A DNA stretch of 64,000 nucleotides from Eledone cirrhosa (lineage: Eukaryota), in NCBI GenBank assembly GCA_964016885.1, contig OZ024741.1:329840001-329904000 (forward strand). Reading direction: 5' to 3'. Below are positions 1 to 14,099 of the stretch, in pieces. Within the stretch, counting starts at the first letter, position 1; every line of letters starts with the position of its first letter. Made by a program: the position numbers and the translations under genes. Below the pieces are notes generated by a model, which was not told the DNA's origin, ran no database searches, and worked only from the letters and a program-made list of their open reading frames with translations.

Positions 1-1129
<1,129 letters not shown>

Positions 1130-1680
1130 CTCTTTTACTCTTTTACCTGTTTCAGCCATCTGGCTGAGGCCATGCTGGGGCACCGCCCTTGTTGCTACAC
1201 ATTTTATCTCCAGCCTGTATAGGTTGGCCACTGGTGTAGGAGGGAGTTTGTTGCTGCTGCCCTTAGGTTTCCCTCGTGTCTTGCTGTGGGCTCATCCGGG
1301 ATCCTGGATAACAAGGTGTCGAGATGTTTCTTAAAGACATCCACCTCCACGTCATGCAAGTCTCGCAGATGCCTCGGCAGCCTGTTGAAGAGTTGAGGGC
1401 CCTTGAATCCCAGGCTATTGCAATACCTGCTCCTTATTCTAGATGTGGAAGACGGGACCTTTGGCACCACACAGTGACGTCCTGTTCGACGGTTGGTCCA
1501 GCTCCCAATGCCAAAGTTTGGTGCTAGTCCCTCCAGGATTTTCCACATGTAGATCACTGCGTATCTCTCCCGTCTTCGCTCCAAGGAGTAGAGGTTCAGT
1601 TCCTTCAGCCTCTCCCAGTAGCTTGTCTCCCTCATCTTGGCAATCCTCTTGGTGTAGCTTCGCTGGATTGCCTCAAGCTC
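1130..1680 (-). mobile_element. 3' fragment of CR1/L2-group non-LTR retrotransposon (RT C-terminus plus 3'UTR)
   Basis: ORF 1204..1635 has the [21 protein letters not shown]...FKKHLD...PDEP...NSL C-terminus typical of CR1-group ORF2; short 3'UTR ends in a (TAAAAGAG)-like tail; flanked by TA tracts. Confidence 0.8.
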
Positions 1681-1766
1681 TGTGTATATATTTATATATG
1701 TATATATATTTATATATGTATATATGTATATATATATATGTATATATATATATGTATATATATATG

Positions 1767-1799
<33 letters not shown>

Positions 1800-1812
1800 G
1801 TATATATATATG

Positions 1813-1849
<37 letters not shown>

Positions 1850-1854
1850 GTATG

Positions 1855-1923
<69 letters not shown>

Positions 1924-2108
1924 GTATATATGTATATATATATATATATGTATATATGTATATATATGTATATATGTATATATATGTATATATGTATATA
2001 TATTTATATATGTATATATATATGTATATATGTATATATATATATATATGTATATATGTATATATATGTATATATGTATATATATGTATATATATTTATA
2101 TATGTATA
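1681..2108. repeat. (TA)n microsatellite
   Basis: Direct sequence. Confidence 0.97.
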
Positions 2109-2308
2109 NNNNNNNNNNNNNNNNNNNNNNNNNNNNNNNNNNNNNNNNNNNNNNNNNNNNNNNNNNNNNNNNNNNNNNNNNNNNNNNNNNNNNNNNNNNN
2201 NNNNNNNNNNNNNNNNNNNNNNNNNNNNNNNNNNNNNNNNNNNNNNNNNNNNNNNNNNNNNNNNNNNNNNNNNNNNNNNNNNNNNNNNNNNNNNNNNNNN
2301 NNNNNNNN
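2109..2308. other. Assembly gap (200 N)
   Basis: Run of N. Confidence 1.
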
Positions 2309-4889
2309 AAACGCGGAAACAGAGGCCAACCTGGAGAGGAAAGATCTGGAAGCTGAAAGTCCCCTCAACCAGTAACAGATTTAAATATATTTTACTCAAC
2401 GCCTACGACAGTAAAGAAGAACAGATAGAGACATTTAATGTAGAAGAGAACTGGGAGTTCCTAAAAAATAATTTACTAGAGGCGACGGATGAGGTCTGTG
2501 GCTGGAGTAAGACCTGAAGCAGGAGGAGAGTGACTTGGTGGTGGAACAATAAGGTAGATGAAGCAGTTAAGGCCAAGAGACAGGCATGGAAAGAATGGAA
2601 GAACGGGGGGAGCAGGGTACATTACATAGAGACCAAGAGGGAAGCTAGGCGACAAGTATACTTAGCTAGAAGGGAAGCAGAGGGTAGAAAATTCAAGCAT
2701 GTCTTGCAACGTGAGGACCAGAAACAGGAGGTATTCAAGATTGCGAGGCAGTGTGTCAGAGATAGTTGTGATGTCATTGGAGAGAAGTGTATCCGGAATG
2801 ATAAAGGTGAGCTTGCCCTCACAAGTGCTGAGAAGAAAGATGCATGGAAGAGTCATTATGATAGATTACTAAATGAGGAGAATGCATGGGAAGAAGAGAC
2901 CCTACCTCAAGTAGACCCTATAGAGGGGCCAGCAGTACAAGTCAGCAGCAGCGTAGTAAGTAAGGCAATCAAAGATATGAAGATGGGGAAGGCAACCGGT
3001 CCATCGGGTATAGCTGCCGAGATGCTGAAGGCATCTGGGTCTGTAGGTCACACTATAACCACACGTATCGTTAACCAGGTAATACTAGAAGGTGCCATAC
3101 CAAAAGATTGGTGCAGTAGCATCATTGTCAACTCCTACAAAGGTAAAGGCGATGCACTAGATAGAGGAAACTATTGAGGTATAAAGTTGATGGACCAGGT
3201 CATGAAAGTAACAGAAAGAGTTATAGCACAGCTGATTAGGGACCGGGTGAAAATAGACGAGATGCAATTTGGGTTTGTACCAGCGAGAGGCACCACTGAT
3301 GCCCTCTTCCTTGTGAGGCAATTACAGGAAAAGTACCTAGCTAAAAGTAAGCCACTCTACTTGGCATTTGTCGACCTTGAGAAAGCCTTTGACAGAGTTC
3401 CACGTTCTGTAATCTGGTGGGCTCTTAGAAAACTAGGAGTAGATGAATGGCTTGTGAAAGCGGTACAAGCCATGTATAGGGAGCAGTCAGCAAAGTTAGG
3501 ATTAGCAATGAGTATAGCGAGGAATTTAGCGTACAGGTTGGGGTCCACCAGGGCTCTGTTCTTAGCCCTCTCCTGTTCATCATAGTCCTGCAGGCAAAAA
3601 CGGAGGAGTTTAAGACCGGATGCTCATGGGAACTCCTGTATGCTGATGACCTCGCACTCATAGCTGAATCTATGGTAGAACTAGAGAATAAATTCCAAAC
3701 TTGGAAGCAGGGACTAGAAAGAAAGGGTCTCAAAGTCAACATGACACAGACTAAGGTCCTTGTAAGTAGACGAGAAAATAGAACCCAGATCCCCTCAGGG
3801 AAATGGCCTTGCTCAGTATGTAGGAAAGGTGTAGGTAGGAACTCCATTCTCTGCCCCAAATGCAAACAATGGGTACACAAGAGATGTAGCGGGATCTCAG
3901 GAAGCTTAATGAAGAATGTAGGATTCACATGCAGCAGCTGTGCTGATACAGCAAGCAGCAAACAGCCACAAGAAACAAGTACCACCAATCTCTGGGAGGG
4001 CCCTGTAGAAACAGTAGACAGCTTCTGCTACCTAGGTGACCGAATTAGCAGCGGAGGTGGGTGTTCAGAAAGTACAATAACTAGGGTAAGAACGGGATGG
4101 AAGAAGTTTAGGGAACTACTACCACTGCTAGCTGCAAAAGGCTTCTCACTCAGAATGAAAGGCAGACTGTATGATGCATGTATCCGAACAGCGATGTTGC
4201 ATGGTAGTGATACCTGGGCGCTGAAGGTGGAAGACTTACGTAGATTAGAGAGAAACGAAGCCTGTATGCTCCGATGGATGTGTAACAGTAATATACGTGA
4301 ACGACAAAGCATAAATGAATTGAGAGAGAGACTGAGCATAAGAGGAATCAAATGCTGTGTGCAGGAGAGGCGGTTGCGCTGGTATGGACATGTGATGCGT
4401 ATGAAGGATGACAGCTGCATAAAAAGGTGCAGAGCACTAGAAGTTGATTGAAACCGCGGAGTGGGGAGACCCAAGATGACCTGGGATGAGGTGATAAAAG
4501 CCGACCTTACCCAATTGCACCTCTCAAAGACAATGACACACGACCGTGACTTCTGGCGTCACGCAGAAATACAGAGTACCCGACCTCCCATGGGTACAAG
4601 CTGAAGCATATAGACAATATGCCCCCACACCCCCCACCGCAAGGTGGTCGTGGAGGTGCCACGGCAAAAAAGCACCCAGCCCACGCTGTAAAGTGGACGT
4701 GTAGGCGCCACAGAATGTAAATGAGGTTGCTGTTAGGAAGGGCATCCAGCTGTAGAAATCAAGCCAAATCAGTTCCTGTATGAGCAAGGCATGGTCAGCC
4801 GACCAGACACTGCCCACAACAGGACAACTCGTCTAACCCATGCTAGCGTGGAAGAACGGACGTAAAACGGTGATGATGATGATGATGAT
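2309..4889 (+). mobile_element. RTE-clade LINE, decayed; 5' end lost in gap; RT with internal PHD-like finger, 3'UTR and (TGA)n tail
   Basis: ORFs 2530..3177, 3187..3585 and 3672..4451 give KGKGDALDRGNY, QFGF, AFVDLEKAFDRVPR, LLYADDL (alternate frame), YLG, HGSDTW, RRLRWYGHV; stops and frameshifts; ends CCATGCTAGCGTGG...GATGATGATGA. Confidence 0.95.
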
Positions 4890-5061
4890 ATATATATATT
4901 ATATATATTATATATATATATATTATATATATATATGTATTATATATATATTATATGTGAATTTTTATATATTATATATATATATATATTATATATATAT
5001 ATTATATATATACATATATATATATACATATATATATTATATATATATATTATATATATAC

Positions 5062-5106
<45 letters not shown>

Positions 5107-5220
5107 ATTATATATTATATATATATATATATATTATATATAAATATATATTATATATATATTATATATATATATTATATATATATATATATTATATATA
5201 TATATTATATATATATATAT

Positions 5221-5257
<37 letters not shown>

Positions 5258-5286
5258 TATATATATATATATATATATTATATATC

Positions 5287-5317
<31 letters not shown>

Positions 5318-5318
5318 C

Positions 5319-5349
<31 letters not shown>

Positions 5350-5582
5350 CATATATATATATATATATATATTATATATCATATATATATATATATATTA
5401 TATATCATATATATATATAATATATATATATATTATATATATATATATTATATATATATATATTATATATATATATTATATATATATTATATATATATAT
5501 ATTATATATATATATTATATATATATATTATATATATATTATATATATATATATTATATATATATTATACATATATATTATA

Positions 5583-5629
<47 letters not shown>
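4890..5629. repeat. (TA)n/(TATTA) microsatellite between two RTE tails
   Basis: Direct sequence. Confidence 0.97.
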
Positions 5630-5632
<3 letters not shown>

Positions 5633-8600
5633 TCATCATTATCATCATCATCATCGTTTAACGTCCATATTCCACGCTCGCATGGGTTTGGACGGGATTT
5701 TTCCCACTTGAGGCAAGAGTGGTTGTCTGGCGGGTTTTCTATGGCTGGATGCCCTTCCTAACACCAACCACATTTATAGTGTGGAACTGGGAGGTTTTTA
5801 CCGTGTTACCTACACGGCCACATTACAGCGTGGACTGTGTGTTTTTTTGTCGTGACACCTACTCGACCTGATTTGTTTCGGGCTGGATGTTGTGGTACCG
5901 ACATAACTTTACATTGAAAGGGGTGGTGTGGATGGATTGGGGGTAGTGGGACGGGGGTGTATTTTGTTAGAGGTGCCTACTGACTGTAGTAGGTTTCACT
6001 TTGCACTTAGGTAAGGCGGGTCTTCTCTATTACTGTGTAGCGCCAAAGATCTCGGTCCATTGACATTGTCTTGGAGAGGTGTAAGTGTGTGAGGTCAGAA
6101 TTGATCAAGTCGTCCCAGGTTTTTCTGGGTCTGCCTACTCCGTGGCTACCGTCTATTTTTATTGCCCTGCACTTTTTTATACAGCTGTCGTCTTTCATGC
6201 GCATCACGTGACCATACCAACGTAGTCTTCTCTCGAGTAAACAACATCTGATCCCTCTTATTTCTAATTTCTCCCTTAGTTTGTTTATGCTTTGCTGTTC
6301 ATGTATATTACTATTACACATCCAGCGGAGCATGCAAGCTTCGTTTCTCTCCAGTCTGCGTATATCCTCTGCACACAATGCCCAGGTCTCACTGCCATGT
6401 AACATTGCTGTTCGTATGCAGGCATCATACAGCCTGCCTTTCATTTTTAGAGAGAACCCTTTAGCGGCCAATAGTGGTATAAGCTCTCTGAACTTTTTCC
6501 ATCCAGTTCTGACTCTAGCTACTGTACTTTCAGAGCACCCTCCCCCACTGCTGATTTTGTCACCCAGGTAACGGAAGCTGTCCACTATTTCTATAGAACC
6601 ATCTGTGCAATGGAATGAGTTAGTATTCTGTGGGCACTTGCTGCTACTTATTGCACCAGAGCACCGGCCACATATAAAATCTATATTCTTAGTTAGCTTA
6701 CCTGTGATCCCACTACATCTTTTATGTACCCATACTTTGCATTTGGGACATAAAATGGAGTTCTACCTACTCCTTTCCTACACACTGAGCATGGCCATTT
6801 CCCAGATGGGACCGGTGCCCTATTTTCCTTCCTACAAACTAGAACTTTAGTCTTAGACAAGTTAACTTTAAGGCCTTTTGATTCTAGGCCATGCTTCCAT
6901 GTTTGGAATTTCTTCTATATATATATATATATATATACATATACACATATATATATATATATACACATATATATATACACATATATATATATACACATAT
7001 ATATATATATATACACATATGTTTGGAATTTCTTCTCTAGTTCGGCCATTGATTCAGCTATGAGCGTTAGATCATCTGCATATCGGAGTTCCCATGGGCA
7101 GCCAGTCTTGAACTCCTCTGTTATAGCCTGAAGGGCAATAATAAATAGTAGGGGGCTAAGGACGGAGCCCTGATGAACACCAACTTTTATGCTAAACTCT
7201 TCACTATATTCGTTGTTAATTCTAACCTTGCTGACTGTTTCTTTATTCATGGCTTGTATAGCTCTCACAAGCCATTCATCAACACCTAGTTTTCTAAGGG
7301 CCCTCCAGATAATCGAGCGGGGTACTCTGTCAAAAGCTTTCTCCTAGTCAACAAAAGCTAAGTATAAGGGTTTACTTTTAGCTAGGTACTTCTCCTGTAG
7401 TTGTCGTACAATGAAAAGAGCGTCTGTTGTACTTTTACCCGACACAAACCCGAACTGCATTTCGTCTAGATCAATTCGCTGTCTGATTAGTTGCGCTATT
7501 ACTTTTTCTGTGACCTTTATGACCTGGTCATTTAATTTAATGCCTCTATAGTTTCCCCTATCTCGGGCATCACCTTTACCCTTGTAGCTTTACCCTTTAA
7601 TGATGCTGCTGCTGCACCAGTCCTTCGGAACAACCCCATTCTGTATGACTTGGTTTACTATCCGGGTGACCATAGTGTGTCCCACCGTTCCAGATGCTTT
7701 CAGCATTTCGGCAACTATTTCCGAAGGCCCGGCCGCCTTGCCCATCTTCATGTCTTTGATCGCCTTACTTATTATACTACCTTCAACTTGCACTGCTGGT
7801 CCCTCTATTGGGTCGATGTGGGAGAGACTGTCTTTCTCCCAATTATTCTCCTCATTTAGTAGCCTTTCGTAGTGACACTTCCAAGCTACCTTCTTATCAG
7901 CGTCAGTGATAGTAAGTACACCATCATCATTAAGGACACACTTCTCCCCGACAATATCACTGTTTTCCTTGACACATTGCCTAGCAATCCTGAACACCTC
8001 ATGTTTTTGGTCCTCGCGTTGTAGAACATGCTTGAACTTTCCTTCCTCTGCTTCCCTTCTTGCGAAGTACACTTGTCTCCTAGCTTCCCTCCTGGCCACT
8101 TGATAGTCTTCTCTACTTCCCCCATCCCGCCATGCTTTCCAAGCCTGCTTTTTGGCCTTTATTGACCTCTCCACCTTACTGTTACTCTCCTCCTGCCTAT
8201 AGGCCTGCTCCAGCCACAGGTTTCATCTGTCGCCTTCAGCAGGTTAGCTCTCAGGAATTCCCACTGTTCCTCTATATTGTACGACTCTAATTTCTCTTCC
8301 TTACTATCAAAAGCATCAAGTAATATGCTTTTAAATTTATTATTGGCTGTGGGGTCCTTTAATTTCCATTTTTTTTTTCTCCTGAGGATAGTCCTCCTCT
8401 GTTGTCGAGTACGTCTTGTCCTGACTATGAGGTCGCTAATTATGAGTCTATGTTGAGACGTGCATTCTTCATGAGGGAGTGATTTAGGTTTTACAACAGA
8501 CACTCTGTCACGTCTCCTGGTAAGGATATAATCTACCTGGCTTGTGTGTTCCCCTGATCTATAGGTGATCAAGTGATTGTCTCGTTTTTTTAAGTTAGTG

Positions 8601-9350
8601 TTACAGATAGTTAGGTTATTTGCGTCACAGAATTCCAGGATTCTGGAGCCTTCCTCATTTCTAGTACCAAACCCAGAGCCTCCATGGATTCCGTCATAGC
8701 CGTCACAATGTTGTCCAACGTGACCATTTAGGTCGACAGCAATAATTATATAGTCACTGTTGGTTATTTGGGAGGTAGTGAGCATCAGTGTCTCATAGAA
8801 TCTGTCTTTTATAGTGCCGGGCAGTCCGGATTGGGGTGTGTACGCAGATATTACTGTCACAGTAGTTCTATTGAGGACAAGTCTTATTTTAATTATTCTG
8901 TCGTTCACACTATTTACGTCTATTATCTTTCTGCCCACTTTTCTGCTACCATGATTCCTACTCCACCCAGCCCATTGTCATTTCCCAGCCAGAAAAGCTT
9001 ATAGCATCGTTCTTCACCCACGATGAATCTAGCAGACCCACCCCTCCACCTGGTCTCTTGAATACAACAAACATCGACCTCCTTACGTTCAAGCATTTCT
9101 ACAACCTCGTTAGAGCGACCCTTTAAGGTGCCTACATTCATGCGGCCGAAACAAAGAGGATTCCTTGCATTCTCGTCCAAGAGGTGAATTTGTCTTTATC
9201 TTTGGCATTGTCACTGAGTGTCCAGATTTTTTCTTTTCAAACTCTCCAGAATTCCGTAGTCCATCCATCATATTGAAAGGCAATCTGGTAAGCGATAGCA
9301 TAGGCCGCTGACTTATGATTGGCCCACGTAATAATGGTGGGGGTGGGTGG
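5630..9350 (-). mobile_element. Near full-length RTE-clade LINE (APE endonuclease + RT), decayed
   Basis: ORFs 8923..9180 (NVGTL, CIQETRW), 8159..8938 (SAYTPQ, DLNGHVG, QVDYIL, SQHR), 7590..8174, 6915..7268 (GVHQGSVLSPLLF, YADD) and 6007..6585; (CAT)n tail at 5630-5655. Confidence 0.95.
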
Positions 9351-9402
9351 AAGGGATATTGAGATATATTATATATATATATATTATATATATATATATT
9401 AT

Positions 9403-12147
9403 ACGTGGGAAAGTAAGAAATCGGAGAATAGACCGTTAAAATATGTTTATTTAGAACAGCACCGACATACGTTTCACCCAGTTGGGCTTCTCAAGAGCAT
9501 AAATAATCAAAAGTGTTCCTTACATTGCTCGGAAAGGTTCATTGCTTGCAAAAATAGTTTGTTTTGATTTTGCAGTAGGTCAAGGGAGGTAACTCTGGCC
9601 GGTGTTAGGGCAGTCTTTCCCGGACAAATTTTTTTCTCCCCCATACTCTTAAATAAGGCACTTATCTTAGCTAAATCTAACTCTAGCCTCACTAAAACAG
9701 AAATAGACATAATTCTAGCGGCGCGTTGAACTATTATCCAGTTCGAAGGCTCCCACTGGACCAGAACCAACCGTCCTGATAACTTCGACGTCACGATGGG
9801 GTCCAGTGACTTAGCGCAAGTAACTGACCTGGTCGGGATATACCTCCTACATAAACTTAGGGAAGAGATACTGGCCCTACAAGGAGGTGTATATAGGGAC
9901 GACACCCTGTTTACCGTTAGGAACCATAGCCCCCGTAGGATAGAGAACCTTAACAAACATATACACAGGTTCTTCAAGTCATACGGCCTATCCGTAACTA
10001 TGGACCTCAACCACAGGGATGTCAACTTCCTGGACGTGACCCTGGAGTTGAGTACGGGCTTATACAAGCCATACCATAAGCCTGGAGAGTGCCTCTCTTA
10101 TATTAATTATGCCTCCAACCACCCTAAGCAGACTCTCAACTCGATAGTCTATAGTATCTCACATAGAATCTCGAGGCTATCCGCCAATGAGGATATCTTC
10201 AACCAAGCGGCAGATTACTACAATAGGGCCTTGATAAGCACCGGCTTTAAAAGATGTAGTGGGCTCTAGAAACCACCCCCCTCATAAAACGAACGTTATA
10301 GTAAGCCATACCTATAACCGATCACGCGGCGACCTCGTTGGAGTCGGATAAAATAGAATAGATAACCGCATTAAAGATCACGACCCCGGCGACGGTGACC
10401 ACTGTAGATTACTCGAACTATTCCTCTTACAAAACCAACAAAAGCGACGGCCTACTACCAACGCCTTCCAACCAACATCTTCCTGTACATAAACATGGAA
10501 GAGGTAGGAAGAGTGCACCCGAGCATAAAGTGAAAGGGGCACCGAATGGGCGACTGCGCATTAACACACATACGAGCGGTCACCTAGATGGAACCACCCG
10601 TAGCAAACGTACAAGGACACGTAATCGCCACCGTAACGTCCTATAGCTCCCCCCCCCCCCTACTCTCGGAGTGAGGCCTCCAACATACCCCGGATGTTCT
10701 TCGAAGCCTTAGAGAAGAACTTCCCGCCCAACCATAGGTATAGAAAAATTCTTAATAGGAACAATATAAAAATATCCTTCTCTACTACTCCTAACCTAGC
10801 AGACATCATAGGAACAACGAACCACAGTAAGATCACCAAGACACAGCACCTCGACACAGACGCACCTACACCTGACAATAACTATATTGGCCTTAACAAC
10901 TCCCTGGCAGCATCCAATAGTGTTGGCAACGGCATCCGCAGACGCAACCAGCATAACCGCGAAATGATTGGGGAACATGCAGGACATGACGTGCGGAATA
11001 ACAATCGCACCACCCCGCGTGCTGTGGGTTGTAATTGTGCTAACGACAGCTGCGGTAGCGTAGGTAACAACGTAGGCAGCAACAATGATAGCCTTACCGT
11101 GCGAAAAAGACGGAACCGCGACAGAGGACGCTGCCCCCTTAGAAGATACTGTTTGACTGATAGGGTTATATATAGATGCACTATTACTAGCCACAATAGC
11201 GTTAAACATTATATAGGGGCTACCTCCGGCCCGTTCAAAATTAGGTTTCGAACACATCTCCACTCTTTCACAAATAGAAAACTAAGGCACTCCACCTCGC
11301 TCGCTGACTACATCACATCACTAAAGGACTTAAACATCAGCTTCTCCACGCACTGGGAGATTGTCGGCAGGGCTGCACCGTACAACTTCAAGAGGAAATG
11401 CGATCTTTGCCTCATGGAGCTCTACCACATCATAACTGCACCCCACGAGCTCATCAACAGCAGAGCTGAAACAGCGATAAGTTGTACACATCGCTTAAAA
11501 ATATCCTTCTTCAGATGGGTTAAGGATGAAGAGTGAAATAGTACACTGGATCTCCCTGCAACAAGTCTTAACACCCCGGCGGGCAGGCGCTGCAAAATAA
11601 CACACAGGAAAGAATCCTTGCATACCAGACCCAGCCTCAAACGATTCAGACAAACAGATGCGGCAAAAAAAAACAAAAAAAAAAAAACTGTCAAGATAAG
11701 CGTTGATTACATGCGTATCGACAATGGTAAGGTTGTAACCTCATCTCGTAACAGATAAACAAATTTGTCCGGGAAAGACTACCCTAATACCGGCCAAATT
11801 TACCTCCCTTGACCTGCTGCAAAATCAAAACAAGCTATTTTTGCGAACAATGAACCTTGACGTGGATTTAACACTTTTGATTATTTATGCACTTGAGAAG
11901 CCCAACTGGGCGAAACGTACGTAGGTGCTGTTCTAAATAAACATTTTTTAACGGTCTATTCTCTTATTTCTTACTTTCCCACGTGCTTACGCTCTGCTAA
12001 CTCTCTAGCCCACTAAATATTAACACTTCGAATATTTAATACTGCCGGCACTAGTATCGAGCACCTTTGGCATACGCTATGTGGCAAATAACTATATGTA
12101 TCACCTATCCTCCCCTTTCTTTTTCTCTCTCTCGATACGTAAATACT
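9403..12147 (+). mobile_element. Penelope-like element, 5'-truncated, RT + GIY-YIG endonuclease, with inverted terminal copy at its 5' end
   Basis: FDVTMGS...YRDD...NFLDVTL...SNHP (9796..10269); VIYRC...YIGAT...FKIRF...WEIV...CDLCLME...LINSR (10694..11536); 9403-9631 is the reverse complement of 11761-11984. Confidence 0.92.
11889..11928 (+). ncRNA. Minimal type-I hammerhead ribozyme motif (U3-A8 core variant) in PLE terminal repeat
   Basis: gcac-TTGAGAA-gccca/ac/tgggc-GAAA-cgtacg-TA-ggtgc; inverted copy at 9459-9498; stem I needs a 1-nt bulge. Confidence 0.6.
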
Positions 12148-12228
12148 ATATATATTATATATATATTATATATTATATTATATATATATATATTATATTA
12201 TATATATATATATTATATATATATATAT

Positions 12229-12260
<32 letters not shown>

Positions 12261-12299
12261 ATATTATATATATATATATATATTATATATATATATAAA

Positions 12300-12455
12300 C
12301 ATGGGCGGAGGTGGTGAGAACAGACCTCAGATCATTGAAGCTCACGGTGGAGATGACGAGGGACCGTGACGAGTGGAGAGATGCTGTGCTGAATAAGACC
12401 CGTCCCACCCTTGCAAGCAGGGAAAAGCGGACGTAAAATGATGATGATGATGATA
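12300..12455 (+). mobile_element. RTE LINE 3'-end fragment
   Basis: Matches the 3' ends of the RTE copies (GATGCTGTGCTGAATAAGACCCG...GGACGTAAAATGATGATG). Confidence 0.75.
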
Positions 12456-12879
12456 TATTATATATATATATTATATATATATATATTATATGTATATATA
12501 TATATTATATATATATATATATTATATATATATATTATATATATATATATTATATGTATATATTATATATATATATATATATAATATATATATATATAAT
12601 ATATATGTATATAATATATATGTATATAATATATATAATATATATATATAATATATATATATTATATAAATATATTATATATATGTATATTATATATATA
12701 TATATAATATATATATATTATATATATATATATTATATATATATATATAATATATATATATTATATATATATATATTATATATATATATTATATATATAT
12801 ATATTATATATATATATATATTATATATATGTATATTATATATATATATATATATATAATATACACAATGATATTAAAT

Positions 12880-14070
12880 AAATGGAAACTACATTTATAA
12901 AACCATATTTATTTTATTATATATATTTCACGGGCAACCAAGACGACATTGGTGCGCTTTCATCAGATAAAATACAAAGTTTGTTTTATAAATAGAGATG
13001 TACCCATGAAAATCATACCTTATCGGTTGGAAATTCACTGGATAGTGGAAATATATTAGGCATTGTTCAAACTTATGTGTGAATATGCAAATAAATATGT
13101 AAATAATTGAAAAACAACCGTTTATTTAAATGACACTGGAGAAAGATAGAGAAGAAAGAGAGAGAGAAAAATATTAATATCACGAGAGAGATAGAGAGAA
13201 GAAATTAACAAGAGGATGAATAGAACTCATGTACTGTTCATATGGGGGAATAAATTTTAACTATATATCTAGTAATAGTACGTATATTTAATATTATTTA
13301 GTTGTTAAAATTCTTTTCTAATATAATAATATTTACTGTTATAAGTAGATAGAAAAATAAATAGATATATATAGAAAAATAAATATATATAAAATTATTT
13401 ATTAGTTAGTATTAGTTAGTATGAGACCATTTTGTCAAAATAAGTTTAAATGTTAAAGATATAAATGTTGAAAGATATATTTAGCCTGAATTAGTTAGTG
13501 GTTATAAATCTAATAAAAGATATTAAAAAATTTTATTAAAAAATATTAAAAAATTCGGGAAAATTAACAAAGATTTTAAAGTTCTTTTAAAATAATTTAT
13601 AAGAGATAAGTAAATTTTAAAAAAAATAATAAGTAATTTTTAAATTATATGAAAAATTTAAGAAATAAAAAATAAAGAATTTAAAAAAACCTTAAAAAAT
13701 ATTAAAATTAAAGTTAAAATTAAAAATTAAAATTAAAAAATTTAAAAGTTAGGATCATATATGTATATATTTTAAGAAATTTTAAGAAGTGAAATTATAT
13801 TATAGATATGATTTAGAGATAACAATATATTAAAACAGAGTGGATAAGATTGTTATGGAAATAAGTAGAAATATTATAAGTGTAATTATAATTTATATAT
13901 AGTTCTAGACATTGAATTTAGGCGATGTTTACAAGAACTAAATAAATTTGTCCTTACATTAATAGAGTTCTTACATTTAAGTATGAAGAAAATTTCCTCA
14001 ACACACAATTTGCAAAATCTAGATTATTTCCCAAGTTAAAGAGTAAAACGTTTTTGGTTTTATCGGAGGA
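12880..14070 (-). mobile_element. Penelope-like element 3' fragment (GIY-YIG C-terminus, AT-rich 3' region, hammerhead)
   Basis: Minus strand ~14050-13915 translates to YSLTWEII*...FCKLCVEEIFFILKCKNSINVRTNLFSSCKHR, matching the PLE endonuclease C-terminus. Confidence 0.7.
12911..12973 (-). ncRNA. Type-I hammerhead ribozyme motif
   Basis: attttat-CTGATGA-[imperfect stem II]-GAAA-tatata-TA-ataaaat; perfect 7-bp stem I. Confidence 0.7.
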
Positions 14071-14099
14071 GACATGGAGATTGGGGGAATTTGTTATAT

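Noticed and set aside
5630-9350. Active full-length RTE, or an HDV-like ribozyme at its 5' end
   Set aside because: Multiple frameshifts and an insertion; no convincing HDV double-pseudoknot could be built by eye at 9240-9350
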